Below are positions 27,450-38,154 of a stretch of DNA of 64,000 nucleotides, piece after piece. Every line of letters begins with the position of its first letter. Position 1 is the stretch's first letter. The notes beneath the pieces were generated by a model. That model did not search any database, was not told where the DNA came from, and worked only from the letters and a program-made list of their open reading frames with translations. Source of the stretch: an uncultured candidate division Zixibacteria bacterium (GTDB lineage: Bacteria > Zixibacteria > MSB-5A5 > GN15 > FEB-12). Both the position numbers and the translations under genes were made by a program. The stretch lies in contig CAWDXE010000003.1 in assembly GCA_963806185.1 (NCBI GenBank), forward strand, positions 96,001 to 160,000. The letters are read 5' to 3'.

Positions 27450-28562
27450 TCACTGCCCGCAGGTGCCAGAGACCAGCGGGCCGCTGCCCACAAGGGGGCA
27501 ATTGGGGAGAGGAGATAAGGAGATGAAGAGACTTTCAATGAGTGCGGTAAGGTCCGAGATATCTACGCCGCCGCTGCGATCAATGTCGGCCTCGCCGAAG
27601 CAGCAGGGTTCATCGATAAGGACAAACATGTTCTGAATCATCGTTGTCAAATCGGAGATGTCGACATTCTGATTCAGGTCGCAGTTGATATTGCCCACGG
27701 TGCCCTCGCAACAGGGGACCAGCGTCTGGTAGCAGCAAGTGGGTCGCGGATACGGCATCAGTGCGCTAAGACCGTGCTGAAAGTAGTTCTCGAACATGGT
27801 GACATCGGCGGAATCCACGCGGCAGTCACCGTTGAAGTCCGCTTGGAAGAGTGAATCTTTCACCGCCACCTTCCCTTGAACCATCGCTTGAAGTAGAATG
27901 AGGTCGGCAAAAGACAGACTAAGGTTATCGCCGTTGAGATCGCTCATTGCGGCACAGCCGTTGAAGTTGGCGAACAGGGAGTCGGGCACGAAGTGGACAA
28001 GGGAGGTATCGATTTGCCCGCCGGTGATGCCGATGGCGTGACCCTCGGGATCGGAGAATCCAAAGTGCTCCGGAGTCTGATCGATCTCGATGGCCGCCAT
28101 CGGCTGCGGCAGGGTATCGGCACCGCCTTGCAGCTGCACGGCCAGGCGAATGACCGTGTGTGTACCCGGCGCAAAGCCGCGTCGATACGGAGGAACAATG
28201 TCATCATCGGCGAGTCCAACAATCTGGACGTCTGACGCATCGCCGCGGAGTGTTCGGACGGAAAAGAATTGGTAGACGGCCGTAGGAAGTCCGGTAAGGC
28301 TGTAGGCAATGTTGCCCTCGGAGGCGAGTTTGAAGCGGGCGGGAACGGTGGTGTCGATTTTCAGCCAGAGTTCGAAGCCGGCGATGGAGTCAAGAGGGTG
28401 GTCGATGATAACTTCAACTGGAATTTCAGATTTCAGACATGTGGGGTAGTCGATATGCACGGACACGGTCAGTCGTGGGGACTGCGCACGAGCAACAGGA
28501 ATAAGAGCAAGACAAGCCAGCGCCACAAGGGTCAGCATACGAGCAGACAGCATCCTTGACAT
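27450..28562 (-). CDS. Secreted protein with a cohesin-like beta-sandwich and two dockerin-type-I-like domains
   Basis: Signal peptide; DLNGDN..ADL/ADFNGDCRVDSADV; CCEGTVGNINCD..VDISDLT..CCFGEADIDRSGGVDISDLT..LF..LPNC. Confidence 0.8.
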   Translation of the reverse strand: MSRMLSARMLTLVALACLALIPVARAQSPRLTVSVHIDYPTCLKSEIPVEVIIDHPLDSIAGFELWLKIDTTVPARFKLASEGNIAYSLTGLPTAVYQFFSVRTLRGDASDVQIVGLADDDIVPPYRRGFAPGTHTVIRLAVQLQGGADTLPQPMAAIEIDQTPEHFGFSDPEGHAIGITGGQIDTSLVHFVPDSLFANFNGCAAMSDLNGDNLSLSFADLILLQAMVQGKVAVKDSLFQADFNGDCRVDSADVTMFENYFQHGLSALMPYPRPTCCYQTLVPCCEGTVGNINCDLNQNVDISDLTTMIQNMFVLIDEPCCFGEADIDRSGGVDISDLTALIESLFISLSPLPNCPLVGSGPLVSGTCGQ

Positions 28563-28740
28563 TTTGCACCTTTCTGCAGCGGTCGTCAGACAGGGATAGT
28601 CAATAATGAACAGTAGCTCAGTAGCTTAGTCCTCGGAAAATAGGAAACGGATTGGTGTTTTTGACATCAATAGCAGTAGTAAGCGCTAATCTAACCGGGC
28701 GTCAGCATTCATGCAACAGAAAAATGCAGGAAGGCACAAA

Positions 28741-29061
28741 TTATTCGGTCCGGCACCAATCGGCAGTATCACATTGCGGACAGACGAGCAGTTTCTTGCC
28801 GGGGAAATGAGGAGAAAGAAAGTCCGTCCAGGCGGATATCTTGAATCGGTGACGGCAACTGGGACAGGTGTAGGTCGTCTGCATCGCATGACGACGAACG
28901 ATCAGTACCAAGAGGCCGACTATGACCACCAAACCGCCAATCAAGGGGAGTGAAATGCCGGCGAGAAACACGGTGATCAAAGCGAGGGCCAGAAGGGCGA
29001 TGACAACGCCCAGAGAGACATTCCGGAAGAGTTTGTTACGTCTATTGGCTAGTTCGTTCAC
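28741..29061 (-). CDS. Small membrane protein with a C-terminal zinc ribbon
   Basis: Two TM helices followed by CPSC...CPQC. Confidence 0.75.
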   Translation of the reverse strand: MNELANRRNKLFRNVSLGVVIALLALALITVFLAGISLPLIGGLVVIVGLLVLIVRRHAMQTTYTCPSCRHRFKISAWTDFLSPHFPGKKLLVCPQCDTADWCRTE

Positions 29062-29162
29062 AGCAATCCGCCTGAATAAACCTACGGCACCGGGGCGGCC
29101 GGGTCAAGTTGATGTTGCTCAAGACGTTTCATCCGGGTATGTTGTAACAGGAGGATCGCCAC

Positions 29163-29549
29163 ATGTATTGTCCAAAATGTCGCTCAGAATATGTTGACGG
29201 CGTCACCGAATGCGCCGATTGCCAGGTACCCCTGGTCACTTTCTTGCCGCCGGAACCGGAGCCGACGTACCAGGAGATGGTGACAGTACTGACGACAACA
29301 GACTCTTCGGAATTGCTCGTGGCCAAGTCAATGCTTGAGGGGGCGGGCATTACCTTTTTTGCCCAGGGCGAGGGGCTGGTGGATCTTTTCGGTAAGATCG
29401 GATTTAATCCCGCGATCGGGGCGGTGGAAGTAAAGGTGCGCCCCGAAGACGTGGAGTTGGCCCGCGAAGTACTGGAGACTAAGGGGGAGCCGCTGGCGGA
29501 AGACAGCGATCCGGAGCTGCCGGCGGACGACGGTGATGACCGTCGTTAG
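29163..29549 (+). CDS. Zinc ribbon + DUF2007 (putative signal-transducing) protein
   Basis: MYCPKCRSEY..CADC..LV, KSMLEGAGI..GE, VKVRPEDVELAREVL; AGGAGG SD. Confidence 0.8.
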   Translation: MYCPKCRSEYVDGVTECADCQVPLVTFLPPEPEPTYQEMVTVLTTTDSSELLVAKSMLEGAGITFFAQGEGLVDLFGKIGFNPAIGAVEVKVRPEDVELAREVLETKGEPLAEDSDPELPADDGDDRR

Positions 29550-29569
29550 GTGTTGAATCTCCCCTGCAT

Positions 29570-30556
29570 TCAGGTCACCGTAATCACTGCTGCGCCCGTA
29601 AAGCGACCGTTGCGGAGATCGTCGAGTGCCTCATTAGCCCGTTCCAAGGGGTAGGCGTGTACCTCGGTTTTCACCGGCACGCGCGGGGCCAGCGCCAGAA
29701 ATTCTTCGCCATCAGCACGGGTCAGATTGGCTACTGATCGCAAGACTCGTTCACCCCAGAGAGCAGAATAGGGAAACGACGGGATGTCGGACATATGGAT
29801 GCCGGCACAGACGACGACCCCTCCCTTGTGAACCGCACGAAGCGCAAGCGGCACGAGTTCGCCGACCGGAGCGAAGATGATGGCCGCATCGAGCTCGTCT
29901 GGCGGAGTTTCATCCGACGCCCCAGTCCAGACAGCACCCAGCTCGCGGGCAAACTGCTGACTGGCGACATCACCCCGGCGCGTGAAGGCGTAGACCTCGC
30001 GATTCTGGAAGCGGGCGACTTGCAGGAGAATGTGAGCGGCGGCGCCGAAGCCATAGAAGCCGAGACGTTGGGCATTCTCGGTCATTCTCAAGGCGCGATA
30101 GCCGATCAGGCCGGCACAGAGCAGTGGGGCGGCCTGAAGGTCGGGATAAGCGGGGGGAATCGGGAAGCAGAAGCGTTCATCGGCGACACAATATTCGGCG
30201 AAGCCGCCGTTGATCTGGTAGCCGGTGTAGAGCGCGTTGTCACAGAGATTCTCACGACCACTCGTACAATATTCGCAATTACCACAACTTGAGCCGAGCC
30301 AGGGGACGCCGACGCGGTCGCCAACAGCAAATCGTCCAGTGCCGAGTGCGGCATTTTCGACTGTGGCAACGATCTGGTGGCCAGGAATGATGGGGAGGCG
30401 GGGATCTGTCAATTCGCCGTCGACGACGTGCAAGTCGGTGCGACAGACACCGCAGGCATGAACGCGCAACAGAAGCTGACCCCTCGCAGGAGTTGGTACA
30501 GGTAACTGCACGAGGTGAAGAGGGGTACCGGGTTGGTCGAGAATCATCGCGCGCAC
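29570..30556 (-). CDS. Zinc-dependent alcohol dehydrogenase family protein
   Basis: CGVCRTDLH, PGHQ, structural Zn CGNCEYC...C, YGFGAAA. Confidence 0.92.
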   Translation of the reverse strand: MRAMILDQPGTPLHLVQLPVPTPARGQLLLRVHACGVCRTDLHVVDGELTDPRLPIIPGHQIVATVENAALGTGRFAVGDRVGVPWLGSSCGNCEYCTSGRENLCDNALYTGYQINGGFAEYCVADERFCFPIPPAYPDLQAAPLLCAGLIGYRALRMTENAQRLGFYGFGAAAHILLQVARFQNREVYAFTRRGDVASQQFARELGAVWTGASDETPPDELDAAIIFAPVGELVPLALRAVHKGGVVVCAGIHMSDIPSFPYSALWGERVLRSVANLTRADGEEFLALAPRVPVKTEVHAYPLERANEALDDLRNGRFTGAAVITVT

Positions 30557-30574
30557 GAGTAATTGCCCTCTTCC

Positions 30575-31741
30575 CTACTCTGGTTTGTCGCGCGTCTCGG
30601 CGACAACGTCGGGCACGAGGCCACGGCGTTGGTATTTATCGAGGAAGTCTTTGCGGAATTTGGCAAATCGGTTTTCATCGATTGCCCGGCGGATGCCGCG
30701 CATCAAATCCTGAAAGAAGTGGCAGGAATGATAGGTGGCGAGCACCATGCCGGTAATCTCTGATTGGTTGTAGAGATGGCGGATGTAGGCGCGGGAGTGG
30801 CGTCGACAGACGCGGCAGGAACAATTGGGATCCAGCGGGCGTTCATCGTTGGCGAATTCGGCGTTGCGATAGACGAGCGGGCCCTCGGATGTGAAGACAC
30901 AGCCGGTACGAGCGTTGCGCGTCGGCAGGACACAGTCGAACATGTCAATACCGTAGGACACCGCCATAAGAATATCCTCAGGGTAGCCTACCCCCATAAG
31001 GTAGCGCGGGCGGTCTTTGGGGAGATACTGGATGGTGTGGGCGAGCATGTCCTCCATCTCGGCCTTGCTCTCCCCTACCGACAGACCACCGATGGCGTAG
31101 CCGGGGAAATCGAGCGACATAATCTGTTCGGCGGACTGGGTGCGCAGTTCCTTGTAGACGGAGCCTTGCACGATGCCAAAGAGAAAGGGTGGATTCTCTT
31201 TGCCTTCCGAGAGCTCCTTGTGCCGTTTCACGCAGCGCTTGGCCCATTCGAAAGTACGGCGGACGCCCCCGCCGGCAGTGATCTGGTCGGCCGGGTATGG
31301 AACGCACTGGTCGAAGGTCATGATGATGTCGGCGCCGAGATCGTGCTCGATTTCCATCACTTTCTCAGGCGAGAAGAGGTGACGGGAACCGTCGTGGTGT
31401 GACTGGAATTCCACACCGTTGTCGTTGATCTTGCTGATGTCCTGAAGTGAGAAGACCTGGAAGCCTCCGCTGTCGGTGAGCGTTGGGCGATTCCAGCCGT
31501 TAAATTTAGCGAGGCCGCCCATGGCCTTGACGATGCCGGTGCCGGGGCGGAGGTACAGATGATAGGTGTTGCCGAGGATGATTTCCGCGCCGATTTCTTC
31601 GAGGTCTTCGGCGGTCATCGCTTTGACTGCCCCCGACGTGCCGACCGGCATGAAGGTGGGGGTTTGTATCACGCCGTGAGGGGTAGTGAGGATTCCGCGT
31701 CGCGCAGGGCCGTCGGAAGTCTTTATGCCGAGAAGTGACAG
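30575..31741 (-). CDS. tgt: Queuine tRNA-ribosyltransferase
   Basis: TPTFMPVGT, NTYHL, DSGGFQVFSL, DCVLPTRNAR, CSCRVC; probable CTG start after AGGAG. Confidence 0.93.
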   Translation of the reverse strand: MSLLGIKTSDGPARRGILTTPHGVIQTPTFMPVGTSGAVKAMTAEDLEEIGAEIILGNTYHLYLRPGTGIVKAMGGLAKFNGWNRPTLTDSGGFQVFSLQDISKINDNGVEFQSHHDGSRHLFSPEKVMEIEHDLGADIIMTFDQCVPYPADQITAGGGVRRTFEWAKRCVKRHKELSEGKENPPFLFGIVQGSVYKELRTQSAEQIMSLDFPGYAIGGLSVGESKAEMEDMLAHTIQYLPKDRPRYLMGVGYPEDILMAVSYGIDMFDCVLPTRNARTGCVFTSEGPLVYRNAEFANDERPLDPNCSCRVCRRHSRAYIRHLYNQSEITGMVLATYHSCHFFQDLMRGIRRAIDENRFAKFRKDFLDKYQRRGLVPDVVAETRDKPE

Positions 31742-31763
31742 AGTATGCTCCTGTGGTGAATAG

Positions 31764-33128
31764 CTATCCCAGCGCTGCTTCGAGCGCCGTCTGCAGGTCT
31801 TTTGCGCCAACGATGTCCGGACTCTTTTCGACAAGTTGGGTAAAATTGGCGTGCGGGATGATGATTCGTTTGTACCCCAGTTTCTGAGCCTCGGAAATGC
31901 GCCGGTCCATCTGCGGCACGCCGCGCACTTCACCCGACAAGCCGACCTCGCCGACGACGAGCGTATGCGGGTCAACCGGCTTGTTGAGAAGCGACGAGGT
32001 TATAGCAGTGAGAATGGCGAGGTCGAGCGATGGCTCGGTGGTCTTGAGGCCGCCGACGACCGAGACGAAAACGTCGTGCGTAGACATCGGGTACCCGGCT
32101 CGCTTCTCGAGAATAGCCAGCAAGAGGGCCAGCTTCTTGTTATCGATGCCGCCGGCGACACGCTGGGCGTTGCCGTAGGTAGCGGCCGTTACCAAGGCCT
32201 GCACTTCGATGAGGAGCGAACGATTGCCCTCAAGTACGCTGGTGATTACCGCACCGGAGCGTCCCTTGTCGTATGTTCCGCTCAGGAAGAAGGCGGAGGG
32301 GTTGGAGACCTGGACCAGTCCCTGCGAAGCCATTTCGAAAAGGCCGATTTCGGCGACCGAACCGAAACGGTTCTTGGTGGCGCGAAGCATGCGATAGAGG
32401 TGGGTCTGGTCGCCCTCGAAATACACGACAGTGTCAACCATATGCTCAAGGACTTTGGGGCCAGCCACAAATCCCTCTTTGGTTACGTGACCGACCAGAA
32501 AGAGGGCGAACCCTTGAGTCTTGGCCTGCATGATGAGTTGTCCGGCGGATTCGCGAATTTGCGATACCGTACCTGGGGGAGAATCGATCTGAGCGGAAGC
32601 GATGGTCTGGATCGAGTCGATAAGAACAATCGCATACTGATTGTTGCCGACCAACTGAGTGATTTCCTCCAGACCGGTCGTGTTGACGGCGGTGATGTTC
32701 TCTCCTTTGACCTGCAGGCGGTCGGCACGGGATTTGAGTTGGGGGAGTGATTCCTCACCGGTCACGTAGAGAACAGCCAGTCCCAGGCGCGAGTAGGCCT
32801 CGGCAGCCTGAAGGAGCAGAGTCGATTTGCCGATGCCGGGATCGCCGCCGAGGAGCACAGTCATGCCGGAGAGGAGTTGGCCGCCGAGAACCCGGTCGAA
32901 TTCGTCGATCCCGCTCTTATATCCTGACAATTTCTCAATGGAAATATTGGGAACGCGCACCGGTTCAATTTCGGTGGAGAACCGAGAGGCCTTCTTGCGG
33001 ACAGGCGCTTTTTCCTCGACGAGGGTGTTCCACTGGCCGCACTCGCGGCACTGCCCCTGCCAGCGGGAGTGTTCGGCGCCGCACTGGGTGCAGAAGAAAG
33101 CGGTTTTGTCCTTCTTTTTACTGAGCAT
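31764..33128 (-). CDS. radA: DNA repair protein RadA/Sms
   Basis: C4 Zn finger, GDPGIGKST, KNRFG, GEVGLSGE. Confidence 0.97.
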   Translation of the reverse strand: MLSKKKDKTAFFCTQCGAEHSRWQGQCRECGQWNTLVEEKAPVRKKASRFSTEIEPVRVPNISIEKLSGYKSGIDEFDRVLGGQLLSGMTVLLGGDPGIGKSTLLLQAAEAYSRLGLAVLYVTGEESLPQLKSRADRLQVKGENITAVNTTGLEEITQLVGNNQYAIVLIDSIQTIASAQIDSPPGTVSQIRESAGQLIMQAKTQGFALFLVGHVTKEGFVAGPKVLEHMVDTVVYFEGDQTHLYRMLRATKNRFGSVAEIGLFEMASQGLVQVSNPSAFFLSGTYDKGRSGAVITSVLEGNRSLLIEVQALVTAATYGNAQRVAGGIDNKKLALLLAILEKRAGYPMSTHDVFVSVVGGLKTTEPSLDLAILTAITSSLLNKPVDPHTLVVGEVGLSGEVRGVPQMDRRISEAQKLGYKRIIIPHANFTQLVEKSPDIVGAKDLQTALEAALG

Positions 33129-33892
33129 TAACGCACCTGAATCGGCCCGCTGGCGCTGCCGGTGATGAACTGGCGCACGACTGGGTTGTCGGTGGTGCGA
33201 ACCTGTTCCGGACTGCCGTCAAATTCCACTTTGCCTTCATACAGCATAATGAAACGGCGAGCGATTTTGAAAGCGGACGTCATGTCGTGAGTGACGGCGA
33301 TCGAGGTCGTTTTGAGATGGTCATTAATTTTGGCGATCAACTGATTGATCACGTCGGCCGTGATCGGGTCAAGCCCAGTCGTGGGCTCATCGAACAAAAG
33401 TATCTCAGGCCGGTGGGCGATGGCCCTCGCCAAACCGACCCGCTTGCGCATACCCCCGGAGAGTTCGGATGGGTATTTGGCAGCCGCGCCCGTGAGACCG
33501 ACCAATTCGAGTTTTTCCATGACAATGTCGTGGATTTCTTCCGGCGAGTGGTGCCAGCGGCGGGATTCCTTGAGACCGAGGCCGACGTTTTCTTCGACGG
33601 TCAGACTATCGAAAAGCGCGGCACTCTGGAAGAGCATGCCGAAGCGTTGACGCATAGCCATGAGTTCTTCGCCGTGAAGAGTGCTGATATCCGTGCCCTC
33701 GATGAGAATGCGACCCCGATCCGGGTCCATCAGGCGGATGAGGTGCTTGAGAAAGACCGACTTGCCGGTTCCGGACTGGCCGATAATAACAACGGCTTCG
33801 CCGCGTTCGATAGTCAGATTCAGGCCATCGAGTACGACTTGCGGCCAGAACTGCTTGGCCAGATTTTCAATCTGTATATACGGTACCGACAT
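33128..33892 (-). CDS. mlaF: MlaF/Mkl-type ABC ATPase
   Basis: GQSGTGKS, FQSAALFDS, LSGGMRKRVGLARA, DEPTTGLDP. Confidence 0.88.
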   Translation of the reverse strand: MSVPYIQIENLAKQFWPQVVLDGLNLTIERGEAVVIIGQSGTGKSVFLKHLIRLMDPDRGRILIEGTDISTLHGEELMAMRQRFGMLFQSAALFDSLTVEENVGLGLKESRRWHHSPEEIHDIVMEKLELVGLTGAAAKYPSELSGGMRKRVGLARAIAHRPEILLFDEPTTGLDPITADVINQLIAKINDHLKTTSIAVTHDMTSAFKIARRFIMLYEGKVEFDGSPEQVRTTDNPVVRQFITGSASGPIQVR

Positions 33893-33893
33893 C

Positions 33894-34682
33894 CTACCCT
33901 ATCCTGAAGAGGATGATCGCAAACAGGAAATTGAACACGAGTATCAACACCGATGAAATGACCACCGAAGTGGTCGTTGAGTGGCCTACCCCCTGAGCAC
34001 CGCCCTGAGTGCGGAAGCCTTCGACGCAGGCGACCAGCCCGATGATACCGCCGAAGACGAACGATTTGATGAGGCCGTTCACGAAATCGCCGATGCGGAA
34101 CGAATTGCGGAAGGAGGTCATGAACATCTCGGACGAAACATCCACCCCGACAATCGACACGATCAACCCGCCGATGACGGCAATAAAATTGGCGAAAACG
34201 ACCATGAGGGGCACCATAAACATGCAGGCGAGAACGCGCGGCATGACAAGATAGCTGATCGAGCTGATGCCCATCGATTCGAGCGCGTCAATCTGTTCAG
34301 TGACCTTCATGGTGCCGAGTTCCGCGGCGATACCGGCGCCAACGCGTCCGGCGAGCACAAGCGCAGAGAGCACAGGCGCAAGCTCAATGACGACCGCTTT
34401 GCCGACGGCGCTGCCGAGCAGGCGCAGGGGGGCGCCGATGAACTTGAACTGATACGCTGCCTGCCAGGCCGAAACGGCGCCGACGAAAATCGAAATGACA
34501 ATGATGAGCGGGAAGGAGCGAACACCCACCGAATATAGCTGCTGCATGATGAGTGCGCCGGAACGCGGGGCATCCTTGATCGAATAAACAAACTGCCCAA
34601 GGAGAATAGCGAGAGCGCCGACGCGGCTGATCAGCCCAATCCCACGCCGGCCGACAACATGAAATCCAGTCTCAACAGCCAT
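33894..34682 (-). CDS. mlaE: MlaE-type ABC permease
   Basis: ELAPVL..AGRVGAGIAAELGTMKVTEQIDALE, GGAQGVG. Confidence 0.9.
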   Translation of the reverse strand: MAVETGFHVVGRRGIGLISRVGALAILLGQFVYSIKDAPRSGALIMQQLYSVGVRSFPLIIVISIFVGAVSAWQAAYQFKFIGAPLRLLGSAVGKAVVIELAPVLSALVLAGRVGAGIAAELGTMKVTEQIDALESMGISSISYLVMPRVLACMFMVPLMVVFANFIAVIGGLIVSIVGVDVSSEMFMTSFRNSFRIGDFVNGLIKSFVFGGIIGLVACVEGFRTQGGAQGVGHSTTTSVVISSVLILVFNFLFAIILFRIG

Positions 34683-34687
34683 AAGTG

Positions 34688-36107
34688 CTAAAACGGCATA
34701 TCTCCGCCGACCGGTTCGACGCCCGGAGGGAGATCGCGTCGGCGGTGTTCCAGATTCTCAAATTTCGAGAGATTCTTGAGGAATGTCAATTCAGCCATTC
34801 CGGTCGGGCCGTTGCGCTGTTTGGCAACGATGATTTCGGCCCGGCCCTCTACGTCCTTATATTCCTTGGATTGTTTGTCGTGAATGTATAGTTCCTGCCG
34901 GAAAACGAACATGACCAGGTCCGCATCCTGTTCGATGGCGCCGGATTCTCTGAGGTCGGCCAACTGCGGACGCTTGTCCCCTCCGCGTTGTTCCACCGCA
35001 CGTGACAACTGAGACAGTGCCACTACCGGCACATGAAGTTCCTTGGCGAGTGCCTTCAGGTTTCTGGAAATCAGGGACATTTCTTGTTGGCGGTTTTCGG
35101 AAAAGCCCGATGTATGCATCAACTGAATATAGTCGATGATGAAGAGACCGACATTGTATTGAGCCTTGAGCCGCCGTGCCTTCGCACGCATCTCAAGTGG
35201 AGTCAGGGCGGCAGCATCGTCAATGAAGATCGGGGCACTTGACAGCGAATTGGCGGAATAGGCCAGTTTCTGCCATTCACTATCGCGCAGTTTGTTGGCC
35301 CGCAGCTCATGCTGATTGATGCCTGCTCTGCCGCAGAGCATACGGAATACGAGCTGTTCGCGAGACATTTCCACAGAGAAGATGCCGACGCCTGTGGGTG
35401 AGTCTTTTCGCGTGGCTACGTTTTCGGCGATATTCATCGCCAGCGAGGTCTTCCCCATCGACGGTCGTCCCGCAATAACGACGAAATCTCCCGGATGCAG
35501 ACCAAGCGTCATTTCGTCCAATTTATCGAAACCAGTGAGCAGTCCGGTCGCCATAGAATGGGAATCGATTTGCTCGAGGGTCTGATTGACCAAATTGGCG
35601 ATCGGGATGAAGCCCTCGCGTATTCGCGTCTGTGAAATCTGAAAGATGTGCTGTTCGGCCTGGTCGAGCAGATCGTCCACCGCCTGCTCCTGCGAATAGC
35701 AGCTCTTGACGATTTCATTGGAGGTGTTGATCAGTTTGCGGAGGATCGATTTCTCGAGGACGATATTGGCGTATGATGCGATATTGGCGGTGCTGGCGAC
35801 TTGCTCGACGAGGTCGACCAGATAGACGCGGCCACCGACCTTCTCCAAGGAGGCCCTGCCGCACCAGATCGTTGGCAACAGTCGTAATATCACACGGTTC
35901 GCTGCGCTGATAGAGAGCCAGGATCGACTCGTAGATGATCTGGTGCTTCGGGTAATAGAAATGGTGGGAGTCCTCCAGCACCTCGAGCGCCTGGTTGATG
36001 GCCTCGGCGTCCTTGAGCACCGCCCCGAGGACGGCCTGCTCGGCATCGAGCGATTGCGGCGGCTGGTGAGAGTCGGCAACTTTGTCTGACTTGGTGCGGA
36101 AGGCCAT
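34688..36107 (-). CDS. dnaB: Replicative DNA helicase, with one extra base near 35845-35850
   Basis: PPQSLDAEQAVLG N-terminus in one frame; GRPSMGKT, IDYIQL, DLRESGAIEQDAD, KQRNGPTG in the other. Confidence 0.93.
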
Positions 36108-36119
36108 ATCGTGTCAATT

Positions 36120-36918
36120 CTACTTTTTTGTCAGTTCGTCATACCGGGCACGGAGCATTTGCATGTCCGCCCAGGTCTCTTTCTTGTACTCCGGAAACCG
36201 GAGCAGCGCCGCCGGGTGGTAGGTAATGAGCATCGGCACACCCTGGTAATCGTGGAAGACGCCGCGCAGTTTGCCGAGAGAAGTGGTGGTCTGCAAAAGA
36301 GTCTGCCCGGCGATGCGCCCCAGCGAGCAGAGCAATTTCGGTTTGATGATCCGTATCTGTTCGTGCAAATACGGAAGACACTGTGCGGCCTCCGCCGGAA
36401 GCGGGTCGCGGTTGTTCGGGGGCCGGCATTTGAGAATGTTGGCAATGTAGATGTCGTCTCGAGTAAAGTTGATCGCGGCGAGAATTTTGTCGAGCAGTTT
36501 ACCGGCGCGACCGACAAACGGTTCACCCAGACGGTCCTCATCGGCGCCGGGCGCCTCGCCGATGAACATCAAACCGGCGTTCGGATTGCCCACACCGTAG
36601 ACGAATTTGTTGCGCGTGGCCCCGAGCGGGCAGAGTTGACAGTTGCATATGGTCGAATAGTGGGAGGCGAGTGAATCGAACCGGATAGGCTGACCGTCGC
36701 GCATATCTACACGGTCGGGGCTGGGGGTCAGTTCCACTCGCTTGGGCATCGGTTCTCCAAAAAGGTTTTCGGTCGGACGGCGAGCGCAACAGGCGACAAC
36801 CGGTGGCGGCGACGACAATAGCTTGCCGATTAATGACGACCTCGCCTGCGCCGAACTCGATCTGCACAGCCAAGGCTCGCCGCAACATCGTAAGGACGTC
36901 AACGGGTTGTTCGCTCAT
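36120..36918 (-). CDS. Family-4 uracil-DNA glycosylase, probable frame break about 36790-36830
   Basis: [33 protein letters not shown]; the plausible N-terminus MSEQPV...QIEFGAGEV lies in another frame. Confidence 0.85.
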
Positions 36919-36947
36919 ATACTCACAGCTGTTATTTAGCGGGCAAA

Positions 36948-38152
36948 TTACAGCATGCGGGCGATGATTTCAAGGAGATAGCGCGATAATTCACTCTTGG
37001 ATTGCAGTGGGACGTCCAGGGGGTCCGAGCCGGGGCGCAAGATTGTGACTTTGTTGGTGTCGGTGTCGAAGCCTGCGCCAGGGTCGGATGTGGAGTTGAG
37101 CACGATCATGTCAAGTTGCTTATCCACAAGTTTCTTCTTGGCGTTGGAGAGACCGTCGTTAGTTTCGAGGGCGAAGCCGACTACGCGCTGATGGGTACGT
37201 TTGTGCGGGGCAAGGGCTTTGAGGATATCAACGGTAGGCTTCAGTTCGACATTCAGACCCGCCGCGGATTTCTTCACCTTTTCCACATGGGTGTTGACAG
37301 GTGTGAAATCCGCAGGCGCAGCGGCCATAATGAGGCAATCGACCGTATCAAAGTGCTGTCGCACGGCTTCATACATTTCTTGAGTTGTTTCGACTCGTTC
37401 GCAAGTAATGCCGGATGGATCAGGCAGACTGGTCGGGCCGGAGACGAGGACAACGTCGGCGCCGAGCGCTTGCGCTGCCATGGCGAGTGCATACCCCATT
37501 TTGCCTGAACTTCGATTAGAAATGTAGCGGACGGGATCAATGTACTCGCGGCAGGGACCGGCGGTGACGAGAAAGCGCTTACCGGTCAGGACTTTTTTTT
37601 TTGAAGGAGGAAATCTTCGACTGCCTTGAAAATAACGTCCGGCTCCGCCATTCTTCCAACACCCCAGTGATCGCAGGCCATCTCCCCTTCGGCCGGAGAT
37701 ACGGTCATATAGCCAAGCTCGAGCAATGTCTTGTAGTTCCGTTGGGTGGTTTTGTTGAGCCACATCTGCGGATTCATGGCAGGAGCGATCATAACCGACT
37801 TCGGTGTCGCGCAGAGGATAGTGGTGAGCAGGTCATCGGAAATGCCGTTCGCCATCTTGCCCATGAAGTTTGCGGTAGCCGGCGCAACCACGAACAGATC
37901 GGGCCAGGTAGCGAGATCGATGTGGCGGGTGGCGATGAACTCATGATCGGGGAACATCTGAACCGCCACCGGATTTTGCGAGACGGTCTCCATGGTGAGC
38001 GGGGTGATGAATTTGGTGGCGCCGTCGGTCATAATGACGCGTACGTCGCCGTCGGCCTTGGTAATCAGCCGAACAAGATTGGGGATCTTGTAGCAGGCAA
38101 TGCCCCCGGTAAGACCGACAATGACCTTCTTCCCTGCCAGCGACATAGCCAT
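36948..38152 (-). CDS. coaBC: Bifunctional PPC decarboxylase/PPC synthetase, split by a -1 frame change at A10 (37593-37602)
   Basis: GLTGGIACYK, APATAN, PAMN in the CoaC frame; TAGP..E.IDPVRYISNRSSGKMG, GFALET in the CoaB frame. Confidence 0.93.
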
Positions 38153-38154
38153 AC

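Noticed and set aside
23084..29549. Prophage or integrative element
   Set aside because: No integrase, transposase, phage or conjugation gene; only accessory envelope genes
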